Shown piece by piece: positions 12,765 through 25,389 of a DNA stretch of 64,000 bases. The position numbers and the translations under genes were made by a program. The stretch comes from Octopus bimaculoides (lineage: Eukaryota), in NCBI RefSeq assembly GCF_001194135.2, contig NC_068994.1, positions 253,914 to 317,913 on the forward strand, in the 5' to 3' direction. Within the stretch, counting starts at the first letter, position 1. Each line of letters starts with the position of its first letter. The notes under the pieces are model-generated. The model had not been told where the DNA came from. It searched no databases and saw only the letters and a list, made by a program, of their open reading frames with translations.

Positions 12765-13829
12765 TTAGAGATGATCGGTTGCCATGGGTACAAGAACACT
12801 TGATATATACAAGTGAAATCTGTTCCCTATTTGTTGTATTCCGTCGTTGTATGACCCCTAACATTTAATCAGATCAACAGGGGTACACAAAATGATCGAC
12901 TACACGAACCGATCCTGAACTTTGAGTAGTCGGGTATTTCATTACAACCTGTAACATTTCATCATTCACAGGTGTTTTATCTTTAGATACGACTGAGATG
13001 GCCGTGGTTAGCATGCTCGGCTCGTGAATACTTGATCGCAGGTTCGATCACACGTCGCAGCTATCATCCCAAAAACCATTCAATATCTCTGAGATTTCTC
13101 TCGAAAGGTTTTGTACGAGATACAAACTATTTCGAACATAATTACAAGAAAAGATTTTCCTAAAATTATTCTAACAGCTCATCTCTGTGATTTTATTTCA
13201 AATTCTCTTTTTAATGTTAATTTCAGTTCGTCGAAGATTTTTGGAAAGCAAATGATGCGTGTGTTTGTGTTCTTGTCATTTTGGTTATTTCCCCCACATT
13301 ACCGGTTTCTGTGTTATTTATACAAAAGTAACGAACAATAGCGATTCTCTTTGCAGTCCCGATGACGAAGATATCATGTGACCATATACATTGCTGATCA
13401 GAAACCCAATATGTTCAGAGACAGAGAGCGTAGGAACGCACGCAGCATACACACACACACGCACGCACACACGCACGCACGCACACAAAAGCTTTTCGAA
13501 GTAAAACACACACATCAATTTAATACCTTCGAGGAAGCTATAAGATATTGCACAAACACTCAACTCTGAGTGTACTGCTATACACCAGCAGAAACAGCAG
13601 TAAATTTATGAAAATGATTACGTAATTCCTGTTCCATTGCAATTAATAAATTTCTATAACACTCTGGCCTTGTCTAACGCTTATTAATATCACTATGCAT
13701 GAGAGAAATCATTGTATGTATGTATATATNNNNNNNNNNNNNNNNNNNNNNNNNNNNNNNNNNNNNNNNNNNNNNNNNNNNNNNNNNNNNNNNNNNNNNN
13801 NNNNNNNNNNNNNNNNNNNNNNNNNNNNN

Positions 13830-14872
13830 ATACACTTAAAGCCTTGAGAACAGGTTCGAACGCTGATGTCATATATCTTGATATCTTGACTTCAGTAAAG
13901 CGTTCGACAGGGTTGACCATAATATCCTACTCACAAGATTGGCAAATGTTGGAGTCCGTGGAAAACTTCTACACTGGATTAAGTATTTCCTGGAGAATAG
14001 AACACAAGAAGTTGTGGTCGATTGGGTCCAATCAAGCCCAGCAAAAGCCACAAGTTGTGNNNNNNNNNNNNNNNNNNNNNNNNNNNNNNNNNNNNNNNNN
14101 NNNNNNNNNNNNNNNNNNNNNNNNNNNNNNNNNNNNNNNNNNNNNNNNNNNNNNNNNNNNNNNNNNNNNNNNNNNNNNNNNNNNNNNNNNNNNNNNNNNN
14201 NNNNNNNNNNNNNNNNNNNNNNNNNNNNNNNNNNNNNNNNNNNNNNNNNNNNNNNNNNNNNNNNNNNNNNNNNNNNNNNNNNNNNNNNNNNNNNNNNNNN
14301 NNNNNNNNNNNNNNNNNNNNNNNNNNNNNNNNNNNNATTTCGAGGATTGAATCACCCCAGATGGCACTCACTAAACTAATTGAAGGCATGACTGATCTTG
14401 ATTACTGGGACCGACTTAAAGCCTTCAAGCTCTACTCTCTCCAGCGCCGCCGCCGCGAGCGGTACATCATCAGTACGATGTGGAAAATATACCGCCAGCA
14501 TTGCCCAAACGATCTGAAAATTAGTTTCAAGGTTCATCCAAGACTGGGACCACGGGCCATACGTCCCCTGCCCAATTCAGGATCACAACATATAGGTACA
14601 CTGCGGCATAATTTCTTTTCCTCAACAGGCCCTGCCCTGTTTCACATTGTCCCGAAACAGATACAAGAGGAAAAGGATCCTATCAGCTTTAAATGGAGTC
14701 TGGACAGATTTCTTCAAGGAGTTCCAGACAAGCCACCCATGCCTGGATACAAAAACTCACTACTTGAATGGACCATAAACAAAACTTGACTGTAAAAAGG
14801 ATTTAGATAATCCTATCAGGTGGTGCTATTAAATTAGACATGGCCTGAACCAAATCTAAGTTTATATATATA
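13830..14872 (+). mobile_element. CR1-clade LINE, 3' fragment (RT and C-terminus), interrupted by a gap
   Basis: YLDFSKAFDRVDH after an 8-bp ATATCTTG duplication, then GVRGKLLHWIKYFLENRTQEVVV. After the gap: MTDLDYWDRLKAFKLYSLQRRRRERYII...FKWSLDRFLQGVPDKP...NSLLEW*. A short 3' UTR follows. Confidence 0.9.
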
Positions 14873-15137
14873 TATAAACCCCAAATAATTCTTTTCAACA
14901 CATACCTATGATGCTTCCCCCACTACTTCTGATTGTGATTAGCGATGCACATGCCATCAGCCACTTAGGGAAATGCTCAACTGGTTAAGGTCAAGCAACT
15001 GATGTGAAAATCTGTGGGATAAAGCAGAACATTTGCTGCAGCCCATCTTTTACAGCAAGACAGAACCTATACATGATAATACTTCCGATCAGCTAAGATA
15101 ATAAACGATGAGGGACACTTCCTGGTTCTGCATCAGG

Positions 15138-15197
15138 GAAGAAGAAGAAGAAGAAGAAGAAGAAGAAGAAGAAGAAGAAGAAGAAGAAGAAGAAGAA
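15138..15197. repeat. (GAA)n microsatellite
   Basis: Perfect GAA run visible in the sequence. Confidence 0.95.
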
Positions 15198-16670
15198 TTG
15201 CTTATAATATAGACACTGTCACATACGTCTGTGAATTACTCAACCACTTACACGCTAATTCAATGAGCAGGGAATTTATTTGGCCGAGATACTGAATACT
15301 GGTCGTAGAAATTGACGGAGATCCACTTCTATATAAAACTACACATATGGCCTTACAAAATAGGGCAAAACTTTATGAAACTTAATCCAAAAGTCGTTGT
15401 GTGTCTGGTGGTAAGTGGAACAAAGTCAATAATTACTGGATTAATGGTACTTCATGAATCTAACTGCTTTGGTTACTCAGCTGGAACATCTCTTTAATTC
15501 TGTAGATTAAGGCAGGCTAGAGGGCGCTCCACTGCCTAGAAAATTCTATCTTCCAGATACAACGTTACACAGGAAACCAGTTGTTGCTCGTCAAAAGTTC
15601 TTCACGTTGGACGACATTTGTATTCAGATTTGATGGGGGGGGGGTGCCACGTATCAGCGAGACGATAAACTTTTCTTAACTAAGATTATCTGTGCAATTA
15701 ATAGACGAAACTTCCTCTGAGTATTTAAAAACAAGGGAAATAACTGCACCAAAACCCGGTGAAAGATTGACATTTATTATTGTATGTGACAGAGATTTAT
15801 TGAGTTATTTCTGCTGCAACAAAAGTAGAATTTGTCAATAANNNNNNNNNNNNNNNNNNNNNNNNNNNNNNNNNNNNNNNNNNNNNNNNNNNNNNNNNNN
15901 NNNNNNNNNNNNNNNNNNNNNNNNNNNNNNNNNNNNNNNNNNNNNNNNNNNNNNNNNNNNNNNNNNNNNNNNNNNNNNNNNNNNNNNNNNNNNNNNNNNN
16001 NNNNNNNNNNNNNNNNNNNNNNNNNNNNNNNNNNNNNNNNNNNNNNNNNNNNNNNNNNNNNNNNNNNNNNNNNNNNNNNNNNNNNNNNNNNNNNNNNNNN
16101 NNNNNNNNNNNNNNNNNNNNNNNNNNNNNNNNNNNNNNNNNNNNNNNNNNNNNNNNNNNNNNNNNNNNNNNNNNNNNNNNNNNNNNNNNNNNNNNNNNNN
16201 NNNNNNNNNNNNNNNNNNNNNNNNNNNNNNNNNNNNNNNNNNNNNNNNNNNNNNNNNNNNNNNNNNNNNNNNNNNNNNNNNNNNNNNNNNNNNNNNNNNN
16301 NNNNNNNNNNNNNNNNNNNNNNNNNNNNNNNCCCTGTCATTGTCACAACTTCTGTAACCAACTTTTATTTACCAGTTTGGAAATCTCCACAATTCATCTT
16401 CTCAATAAAACATGGCTTTTATGTTGCCTTTTTTTTTTTTGGAAAAAGTTTTTACTTTTCTTGTTGCTTTTCTTTCTGTTTTTGACGGTTTTTCTTATTG
16501 CTATTGCTGTTCTTGTTATTGTTAACGTTGATGGCAGTGTAATGGTAGTGGTGATGGTGGTGGTGGTTTGGCATGGTGGTGGTGGTTTGGCATGGTGGTG
16601 GTGGTGGTGGTACAGTGTTGGAATTGATTTGGGGGATTTCAATGGTAGAGGTTGAAGTGATAGAGGTAGC

Positions 16671-16718
<48 letters not shown>

Positions 16719-16912
16719 AAACTAGTGCTACGAATTATTATTTCACTTTAATATCACTTCTGCCGGCACAGCTAATCCCTACGTCCCCTACTCCTACAAC
16801 ACCCATCTCTACATCCCCTACCCCTATGTGATTCCTCAAAGATGACCAACTCTCCACCCTTTATTCCCTGCAACAAGAGAGGGTGCAGCGCCACAGGTGA
16901 CCGCAGGTTCTT

Positions 16913-16983
<71 letters not shown>

Positions 16984-17726
16984 TATACCTTCGATGTTGT
17001 GACAGGGCAGAGGTGAGTTTATTTCAGTGTCATAAACAGGTCAGAGACCCGGATCCCTGAAACGAAAGATTCGCCGCTTATTTGTGGTTTGAAGGTCGAG
17101 TCCTGACATTGCATCAAATTTAGATTTTAGTGAAGCCAGCGTCATTCTTTTATCGCTGAACCAAATTCGTTAAGACGACCGGAAGATATTACGAGGGAGA
17201 CAGTCGGATGGCCAAGGTTATCCTGTGTGTGTTGCTATACTCTACTTCCTGAGCCTTGCCCCACTCACAGCATTTCGCTATTCCTAAACACCATTCACTG
17301 ACAATCCAGTCTTTTACCTGCAACTCACATTTACACAATATTAGTTGACCATTGATTCCATTCAGCTCTTTCACAGTTTTATTTTTCATTTCAAAAGATG
17401 ATCAAAAATCATCCCCGCATTGGGGTTACTGGTTCGATCCCTGACCAACCGGCCATGTCCCGGGCCTAGTTACTGGGTTACTTGTATCCAACAGCACTCA
17501 CTTGTGACCTGACATCTAATTCCCCACTCCGCTCTGCCGCCTACTCTCTACCCCCCTACAGGCACATATCCCATTACTACCCACCCCTAAACCACCTACT
17601 CCGATATAAAAACCATTCGTTGATGTCCGAGGTGACACAATTAGAATTGCATAATATTCAGATTTTATTCGATTAAAACTTGAAATATCAGTGACTCTGT
17701 GTCATGAAACGGTTCGTGTGTGACGG

Positions 17727-17789
17727 AGTGTGACTGAATGTAACCAAGTGTGACTGAATGTAACCAAGTGTGACTGAATGTAACCAAGT
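17727..17789. repeat. Perfect 20-bp minisatellite, 3 copies
   Basis: AGTGTGACTGAATGTAACCA x3 plus AGT. Confidence 0.95.
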
Positions 17790-18228
17790 ATTACGAGTTC
17801 GTTTAAGGGTTCCTAAACTGCCAACATTCCAGCATATACTTGTTATACCTACAGCATTCCGACCGTGACCATCCCTAATGTCTGATTTGCAGTTGTGGCA
17901 GCGGTGATGGTGATGGGGGGAGACAACATAGCGTGACCATCGCGTTGGATACGGTGGGAAAGAGAAGTTGCTGAAACAATGAAGAGACGCGTTAATACTC
18001 TTGCAATTAACCCTAAAAGTGTTACAGGTATAGCAGGTACTTGTGCTACACCTATAGCCATACCTAATATTATATACATATATAGGCCTGCGTACATGCA
18101 TACAAAAATACATGCATACATATATATACACGCATACATACACACGAACATACACACAAAACACGCACACATACACACACACACACGCGCGCGCGCGCGC
18201 GCGCATGCATACATACATAGAAGTAAAA

Positions 18229-18365
18229 GTGCAGGTATGGCTGTGTGGTAAAGTACGTTTCGTAATCGTGTGGTTCCGGTTTCAGCCCTTTAGAGCACCA
18301 CCTGAGTCGACAAGTCCTTGGGAAGTAAGTTTGGTTGACGAAAACAAAGCGAAAGCCTGTCGTGA
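18229..18365 (+). mobile_element. SINE family A, 5' half, degenerate
   Basis: GCAGGTATGGCTGTGTGGTAA...GGTTCCGGTTTCAG...TTTGGTTGACGAAAAC...CCTGTCG aligns by eye to the copy at 48592. Confidence 0.65.
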
Positions 18366-18602
18366 TGTGTGTGTGTGCGTGTGTTTTGCTGCTTGACACC
18401 CGGTAATAGATCATCTATATCCTCGTAATCTAACATTTCGGCAAAAAGAGATTGATAAAATAAATACTCGAATTCAAAAAAAGAAGCAATGGTATCGATG
18501 TGAGCGATGAAACCCATGGAGGTGCCGCTGTAAATATGGCAACAAGCCAACAAGTGAAATGGTTGGGAAAACGCACACACACACACACACAGTCGCAGAC
18601 AC

Positions 18603-18740
18603 GTCTGTGTGGTTAAGAAGACCACGTGGTTAGTCCAACTACGCGGCACCTTGGGCAAGTGTCTTTCACTTTAGCCTCGGGTCAACCAAAGCCTTGTGAG
18701 TAAATTTGGTAGACGGAGCCTGAAAGAAGCCTCTGTCTGT

Positions 18741-18807
<67 letters not shown>

Positions 18808-18993
18808 GTATGTGTACCGCACCACCACTTGGCAAGCGGTGTTTTTTTGTTTACATCCCCATAACGTAGCGGTGGGACAAAAGAGACTGAGAGAATAAGG
18901 ACCAGGTTTGAAAATAATGGGGTTGATTCATTCGACTAAAACCTTTCAAAATGGTGCCCCAGCCTGGCCGCAGTCCAATGACTAAAACAATTA
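18603..18993 (+). mobile_element. SINE family A, near full length with internal (TG)n
   Basis: GGCACCTTGGGCAAGTGTC...GCCTTGTGAG...TGAAAGAAGCC, then (TG)n, then AAAAGAGACTGAGAGAATAAG and tail GGTGCCCCAGCCTGGCCGCAGTCCAATGACT. The CCTTGGGCAAGT motif recalls CORE-SINEs. Confidence 0.85.
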
Positions 18994-19177
18994 ATACGAG
19001 CTACCGTTGGTTCTATTTGTTGTTTTTGTTTCGTATCTTTTTTTTCTTCGTCAACGTTCGTGCACAACAAACTGACATCATTTCCGGCCAAATCCATCAT
19101 ATCACAACGCCGCCGTATTGATTATTTACTACCAACAGTAATTAACCGACAAAATATGTACGAATCGCCGTTCACAA

Positions 19178-19248
<71 letters not shown>

Positions 19249-19524
19249 ATTATCATTGTTGTTGTTACGTATATTATTTGTATTATTCGATTTCATAGAT
19301 ATATTAATATATTTTGATTTATTTCTTTGAAATCCGCATCATTGCCAGCAGTCACGTGACACGCCGACTCCAATACAGCAGACAGTTCACTTACCAATCG
19401 ATATTCATCAATGAAAATCAGTTAACATTTCTTCCTTATCAAGGTAAACTTTCATTAACCATTAATCACTAGTCAAATTTTCATCACATTTCATTTCTCT
19501 TTATCTCAAGGGATCAATAAAATA

Positions 19525-19607
19525 TGACACCAGTTATAAACTGGACCCAATATAATCGACTAGTCCCCTCCCCACAAATTTCAGGCTTTGTTCCTTTGGT
19601 AGAAAGG

Positions 19608-19670
<63 letters not shown>
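19525..19670 (+). mobile_element. SINE family B, 3' fragment with (ATT)n tail
   Basis: TAATCGACTAGTCCCCTCCCCACAAATTTCAGGCTTTGTTCC...AGAAAGGATT(ATT)n matches the tails at 57450-57530 and 29295-29350. Confidence 0.8.
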
Positions 19671-19674
19671 TGTA

Positions 19675-21030
19675 CAAGTTGGCTCCAAGTCACATTTTTT
19701 ACTAAAAAGCTTCAGGTCCTGCACGTAAAGCAAATGGTTGATTTTCCTTTCTGAGCTGATACTCCGCCTTTGCCTTTCTTAATACTAAGCTGAGCGGGGA
19801 TTAAACATGAGATAAATATTACAGGGGATGATAACTAGTCTCCTTGTTTGAAAATTCTTCTTTTGATATTGACTTTTCCATAAGGTTGTGTCACCTGAGT
19901 AGAGGCCTACTTTCCATTTCTTCATGCTAAAACTAATTAATTCTCTTATATTGTCTGCAATACCAAACATACTAAATATACTCACTTATCCATGAATTCG
20001 AATCATGTCATAGGCTTTCTTATAATCTATCCATGCAATTTTTAGGTTTTTCTTTCTAGCTTTCACTTCATTCAGAACTGCTTTGTCTGTGTATAAGAGA
20101 TCGTGCGTTCCTCTGGCCTTCTTCCTGCAACCTTTCCGTTCTTCTGACCGCAAATTCTGGTTGTCATGGTGCTCGTAAATGCTTTCTGAGAGCATTGCTG
20201 TTAACAGCTTCCACACTAATGGTAAGCAAGTGATTGGTCTATAATTACTCGCTGTATTACCCTTGCTTTTGTCTTTCATGGAGAGTACTGTTCTGCCTCT
20301 AGTCATCTGGTAATATTCCTCCATTCAGCCAATCCTAAAGTTCTTCCCTCAGTCTCCCATCTAAGCTACTAAATTTCTTTAGCCAGTACCCTTGAACTCA
20401 ATCTGGTCCTGGGCCCTTCCAATTTCACATTTTTCCTAACCCTTATTAATGCATTAGTTAATCTTAGATCTGGCTGCTTCTCATTCACTACTTCCTCCCT
20501 CACTTTCTTTAACCATGCTGGCTGCATCGCCGTTATGAGTGACTCGCTTATCCCAAATATTACTCCACAACTTTCAAACCTCTTCTGTATTAAGTTTCTC
20601 ATCTTCAGTACTTTCTTCTCCCCTATTTGTTTGGTTATAAAATCTCCTCCTCTTAAATAATCTATTCTGTTGATACTGATCAATTCTTTTTTGATATCTG
20701 AAAAGTTCGCCTGCTTTTGCTATGATACGTTGTTTCAACTCTTCCATGACTATTCCAAATTTTTTTCTCTCTAAGCATCGTTTGACAAGAGAAGATTCAA
20801 ATCTTGTGTTTCCTAATTTGTTCAGTTTCCAGGTTTCTCTTCTACTCAAATCTTGTCTTAAAGTCTTCACTTTATTTTGTAATCTTCTTTTCCACATTTG
20901 CTCTTTTTCAATCTTTTCTTGTGGAATCTCCAGTCTCTTAGTAACTGCTAACCCTCCTGCAGAGATCAATAAGCTAGTGTCCCCTGTATTTTTAGTATCT
21001 ACTTTCCGAGTCATATCCAGCCGCTTCCAC
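19675..21030 (-). mobile_element. R4/Dong-like LINE fragment (pre-RT region to RT catalytic motif), decayed
   Basis: Frames give KDKSKGNTASNYRPITCLPLVWKLLT, AWIDYKKAYDM, QGD*LSS and NHLLYVQDLKLF. The last is the YMDD motif mutated to YVQD at 19716-19727. Several frameshifts and stops. Confidence 0.9.
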
Positions 21031-21095
21031 TGTTATTCGACATCATCGAGGAACTTTCGATTGCATTATCATTTTTTTTCCTTAAAAGATTTCAT

Positions 21096-21150
<55 letters not shown>

Positions 21151-22022
21151 GTGTGTGACTATGTCTGATAGCATGTTTGTGTAACGTGTTTGTGTAAGGG
21201 CGAGAGTGTTTATGTATAAGTTTGTGCGTGTATTTGAAATGTTTATGTGTATGTTTATATGTGTTAGCGCAAATGTGAGTACATCAATTTGTGCGTGTGT
21301 ATGTACGTGTGTGCGTGTACAATAACATATGTGTGCGTATGCTGGTGTTCACCTCGATAGATTCTACCCAGACTGTATACTTTGTAACATTAAAGCTCTG
21401 TGTGTGTGTGTGTTTGTGTGTGTGTTTGTGTGTGTATGTTTGTGTGTGTGTGTGTGTGTGCCATTGTTGGTAGGAAGTTCTCCAGTCAATACTCTACCTT
21501 AAAACCATTCATCAAACTGACAATGGCAAGAAAAGAATGTCAATCGGGGAATTTATCTCTGGTTTCAGACGCACAGACACACAGACACACAGACACTTGC
21601 ACAGACACACATGCATGTAAATACACAAGCGCAGACATAAACACAGGTACTCACAAACACGCGCGCGCGCATCTAATTACATGTACATATATGCATGCAT
21701 GTGTGTGTGTTGTGTTTTGTGTGTGTGTGTGTGTGTGTGTGTCTGCTTCTACGTTGTTATAAAGACTCGTGAAGAGTCGTCAGTTGATATTAATGTGACA
21801 TTTTTAAGACGCACCTCACCTTCCTGCACGTCGTCCTCATTTATGAGGGACACGACTGCAAGGAATAACTCCACCACACACGCTAGTCAATGGCCATGCT
21901 GGGGCATCCCTCTCGAGGTTTACTGAGTTCTCTCTACACCAGGGTTTACTTCCATTTGGTTCTTATTTTATCCAATTCTTATTATCCAACAACACCGTTT
22001 CAGCACACACACACACACACAC

Positions 22023-22066
<44 letters not shown>

Positions 22067-22986
22067 CTGTATAAAGGACAGCAGTACAGTTTCTCTCCCC
22101 GACTTACAAATTATAGACTAACTTAATGTTGCAATAAAAGACATCCGAGGTACCACGCAGTAGATTCGAACGCTGAACGCAGAGGACGGAGGCACGAAGC
22201 GAAATTCTTAACTACACTACCATATTAACATCTAAGTATGTGTGTGTGTGTGTGTGTGCGTGTGTGTGTGCATATATACACACACGTACACACGACACAG
22301 ACGATATACACACATACATATTATACAAACGTAAACACCCATGTATACATACACATTATATAAGGACGCACGCGTACACACACTCTCACAATCACTCACG
22401 CTCTGCTCACACACACTCACACACATTCACACACACATTCACGAACACACAACACCACAGACGTCCACACGCATTTCAAACTGATTGACAGCTATTTAAA
22501 TGCGAGACGCTGTCCAATTAAATGGCTGCCCAGCTGCGATGGAACCATTAACAGACAATTGTCAGCCAAGCTTCTTCGCCTTCACCAAAACTGAAACATT
22601 TATATTTCCATTCAGTTTTACGACATTCCATCAATGGCCACCCACTGTGGTTAGAGGCTTTATGAGCCGATTCTCTTCCACAACTGCTTCAATGCGATAT
22701 TAAATTATCTTTTTGTATCATAGTTACCACCGACTTAACCGTGCCAAGGAGTCGAACTCATAAAAATGTCCACGTAATCCCATTAGTTCTGATCTTGGTT
22801 CTCATCCCTCTCTTCGCAATAGGGGCCAGACACTAATTCCTTACTTCCTACCATTAAATTGCTAATTTCTGCATAATACGTATGCGCGCGCGCGTGTCTG
22901 TTGGTGTTTTTATACATGTGTATTAGTGCACGCGCGCCTGATGTGTGTAGTGTATAGATGTACGTCTGTGATCTGTGTGCTGTGTG

Positions 22987-23029
<43 letters not shown>

Positions 23030-23132
23030 NNNNNNNNNNNNNNNNNNNNNNNNNNNNNNNNNNNNNNNNNNNNNNNNNNNNNNNNNNNNNNNNNNNNNNN
23101 NNNNNNNNNNNNNNNNNNNNNNNNNNNNNCCC

Positions 23133-23170
<38 letters not shown>

Positions 23171-23199
23171 TTAATCAGATATATTCAGTGAGAATACAG

Positions 23200-23520
23200 T
23201 TTACTGAATTTCTAATAAGTGCTCTTGGTAGGGAAATGTCCAAAACCTTAAAGGTATTTAGAAATTTAATAAGAGCGATTATATATTATATTATAAAATG
23301 AAAGCAGGAAAATTACATCAAAAAATCATCACAAAAGATATACGTCCAAAATAATATTGTATTAATAGATAGACGTATAAATATATGAAGTATGATTATT
23401 TAAAAAGTTTAAAAGTTTAAAATATCTTACGATCGTTTCATGAATGTATTACCCTTCGAAATGGAATCTAAAATTTATAATCATTATTAGGTAATATACA
23501 TTCACTCGTCAGAGAGAAAC
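23200..23520 (-). mobile_element. Probable Penelope-like pseudo-LTR remnant
   Basis: Hammerhead followed by an AT-rich stretch and a frame FPAFIL..ALIKFL resembling the start of Penelope ORFs (recalled, weak). Confidence 0.45.
23423..23517 (-). ncRNA. Type I hammerhead ribozyme motif (Penelope-like-element type)
   Basis: Minus strand reads TCTCT-CTGACGA-GTGAATGTATATTACCT...AGGGTAATACATTCAT-GAAAC-GATC-GTA-AGATA. It shares GAAACGATCGTAAGATA with the 8.6-kb motif but has a different stem II that still pairs. Stem I has one mismatch. Confidence 0.7.
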
Positions 23521-23550
23521 AACATCTTTTTCATACAGTTCTGTATTTAA

Positions 23551-23631
23551 GAGATGAGGAATTATGTACATTATTTACATTATATCCGTCAATTGTAAAT
23601 AATGCAAATAATGTACATAATTCCTCATCTC
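23551..23631. mobile_element. 81-bp fold-back / MITE-like element
   Basis: Arms 23551-23582 and 23600-23631 are 31/32 complementary, with a 17-nt spacer. Flanks are TTAA and CTAA. Confidence 0.6.
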
Positions 23632-23899
23632 CTAAAGTTGTTTTTGTTTAGCATCGCAAATTCTTTGCGCGCTGAGTTAGTGATGGCATCTGCTTAGCCC
23701 GGCTATAATTCTTAACAGGATTGGTTCTGGAGAGTTGTCAGTGTTGTATCAAAATATTTCTTAAGACCCTCACAGTACACTTTTTTTATACCTGCTTTTA
23801 AAGCCCTTACTTTGCTATTTGTTTATTTATTTTTTTGTATATTTAAAAGGTAAATTGTTCCAGTAAAGTGGGGGTTTTTTATGAGACTAGGAAGAAGGA

Positions 23900-24400
23900 A
23901 ACTTCAAGATTTGACATTATCTCCCATTCTTCATTCATTCTTTGCTGAATGCAGCAAATTCTTCCAGAATCCTGCTTATATATCCTGGCAGTGTTCCAAA
24001 GTATACACCTCCAAACCGCCTCTGTTCACAGGAGTTCGAATTTAGAGTTGGGCTTATTCGCCTCTAAAGGGTATTAGAAAGAAACTCAAGTTACTTGATA
24101 AAGCTAAGATTACTGAGGATCCAGACTTGTCAGCAGTTGTCTGATTTAAGACTAGAATTTTCAGATAATTAACTCTTCACTGTTGGATTCCTTGTAAAGT
24201 TCTCATTACGATGAGTTGTTGCTCAGGAGTTTGTTTAAAGACAGATATATCTGCAAACAAATTTACGACCAGTTTACGAGAAAATTCGGTGTTTTGAATT
24301 TCTTGTTAGCATGGGGCAACATAAAGTGTTTCGTTCTTCGATCCATAACAAGGAGAAGGGAAACTAATGACATCGAATGTCATCAAGTTTTTGACATCTA
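23900..24400 (-). mobile_element. Possible highly degraded Penelope-like RT fragment
   Basis: Broken frames give ADKSGSSVIL (cf. ADKG..VVI) and an LPRIYK-like remnant (cf. LPKIHK), upstream of the hammerhead on the same strand. Confidence 0.4.
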
Positions 24401-24519
24401 CAGCAATATTTCTTGTGTTAGTCATGTTATAGGGATGTGGATTGAACCTGCGCATTTTCCAGGCGAGCGATACCAATTTTTCCAAGGAACGAAATCGTAC
24501 TGGCCTTAGATAAGATCTT

Positions 24520-24572
<53 letters not shown>

Positions 24573-25149
24573 TCTCTCTCACTTTGTCCTTTCTGATAAT
24601 TACCGTGCACATTCTCCACCATTATTGTAATTATATAAGTCATTTACTATCCAACATTATTATCGTCTGCATCCTTACTGACAATCACTGATCATACAGC
24701 TTCTTTTCTACATCCCTCAACATAAACACAAGTTGAATATGAGCGTCGTAATTCACTTCTTATTGCAGATTTCCCGGCTAACGGCGGCATCATTGTATTT
24801 CGAGGAAACCAGAAGACTTGTGTTCTAAGAACAATATTCCCCAGTGTGGCATTCATTGATAAATTTTAAATGATAGGTTGATGAGGTAGATTACGTTATT
24901 GTTTCTAGCTGACCGTGTAAAGGTTCCTTCGTTCGCTCCTATTTCTTTCTTTTTTTTTTTTAATCACATTTATAAATATACTTTCACTGTTTTAATGTTT
25001 GGAGAACGAAATACGGATTCACCCACATAACAGCATACATACAGATATGCATACAGTCGTGCATAAGTGTATGCATAAGGGTGAGCACATATGTACATTG
25101 TATATATACATACATTACATATACAATGTATGTGTGTGTGTGTGCGCAC

Positions 25150-25199
<50 letters not shown>

Positions 25200-25267
25200 T
25201 AGAGACGTAGGCATAAATACAGATATGTGAGTATATATGTGTATGTATGTATATTTGTATGTGTAAA

Positions 25268-25302
<35 letters not shown>

Positions 25303-25389
25303 CAAAGAATATATATACATGTATACACACATATATGTACATACTTACATCTACATGTGTATATACATGCATATCAGGGTACAGGACGT

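Noticed and set aside
6175-13075. tRNA-like A/B-box sequences (6180, 13010; also 17430, 22150, 34680, 59580)
   Set aside because: None folds into a full cloverleaf; they are better explained as decayed SINE heads than as tRNA genes.
14900-15137. Stretch that I recall as a common cephalopod interspersed repeat
   Set aside because: There is no second copy in the window and no diagnostic motif, so I cannot support it from this sequence. The same applies to 12150-12212 and 52575-52630.
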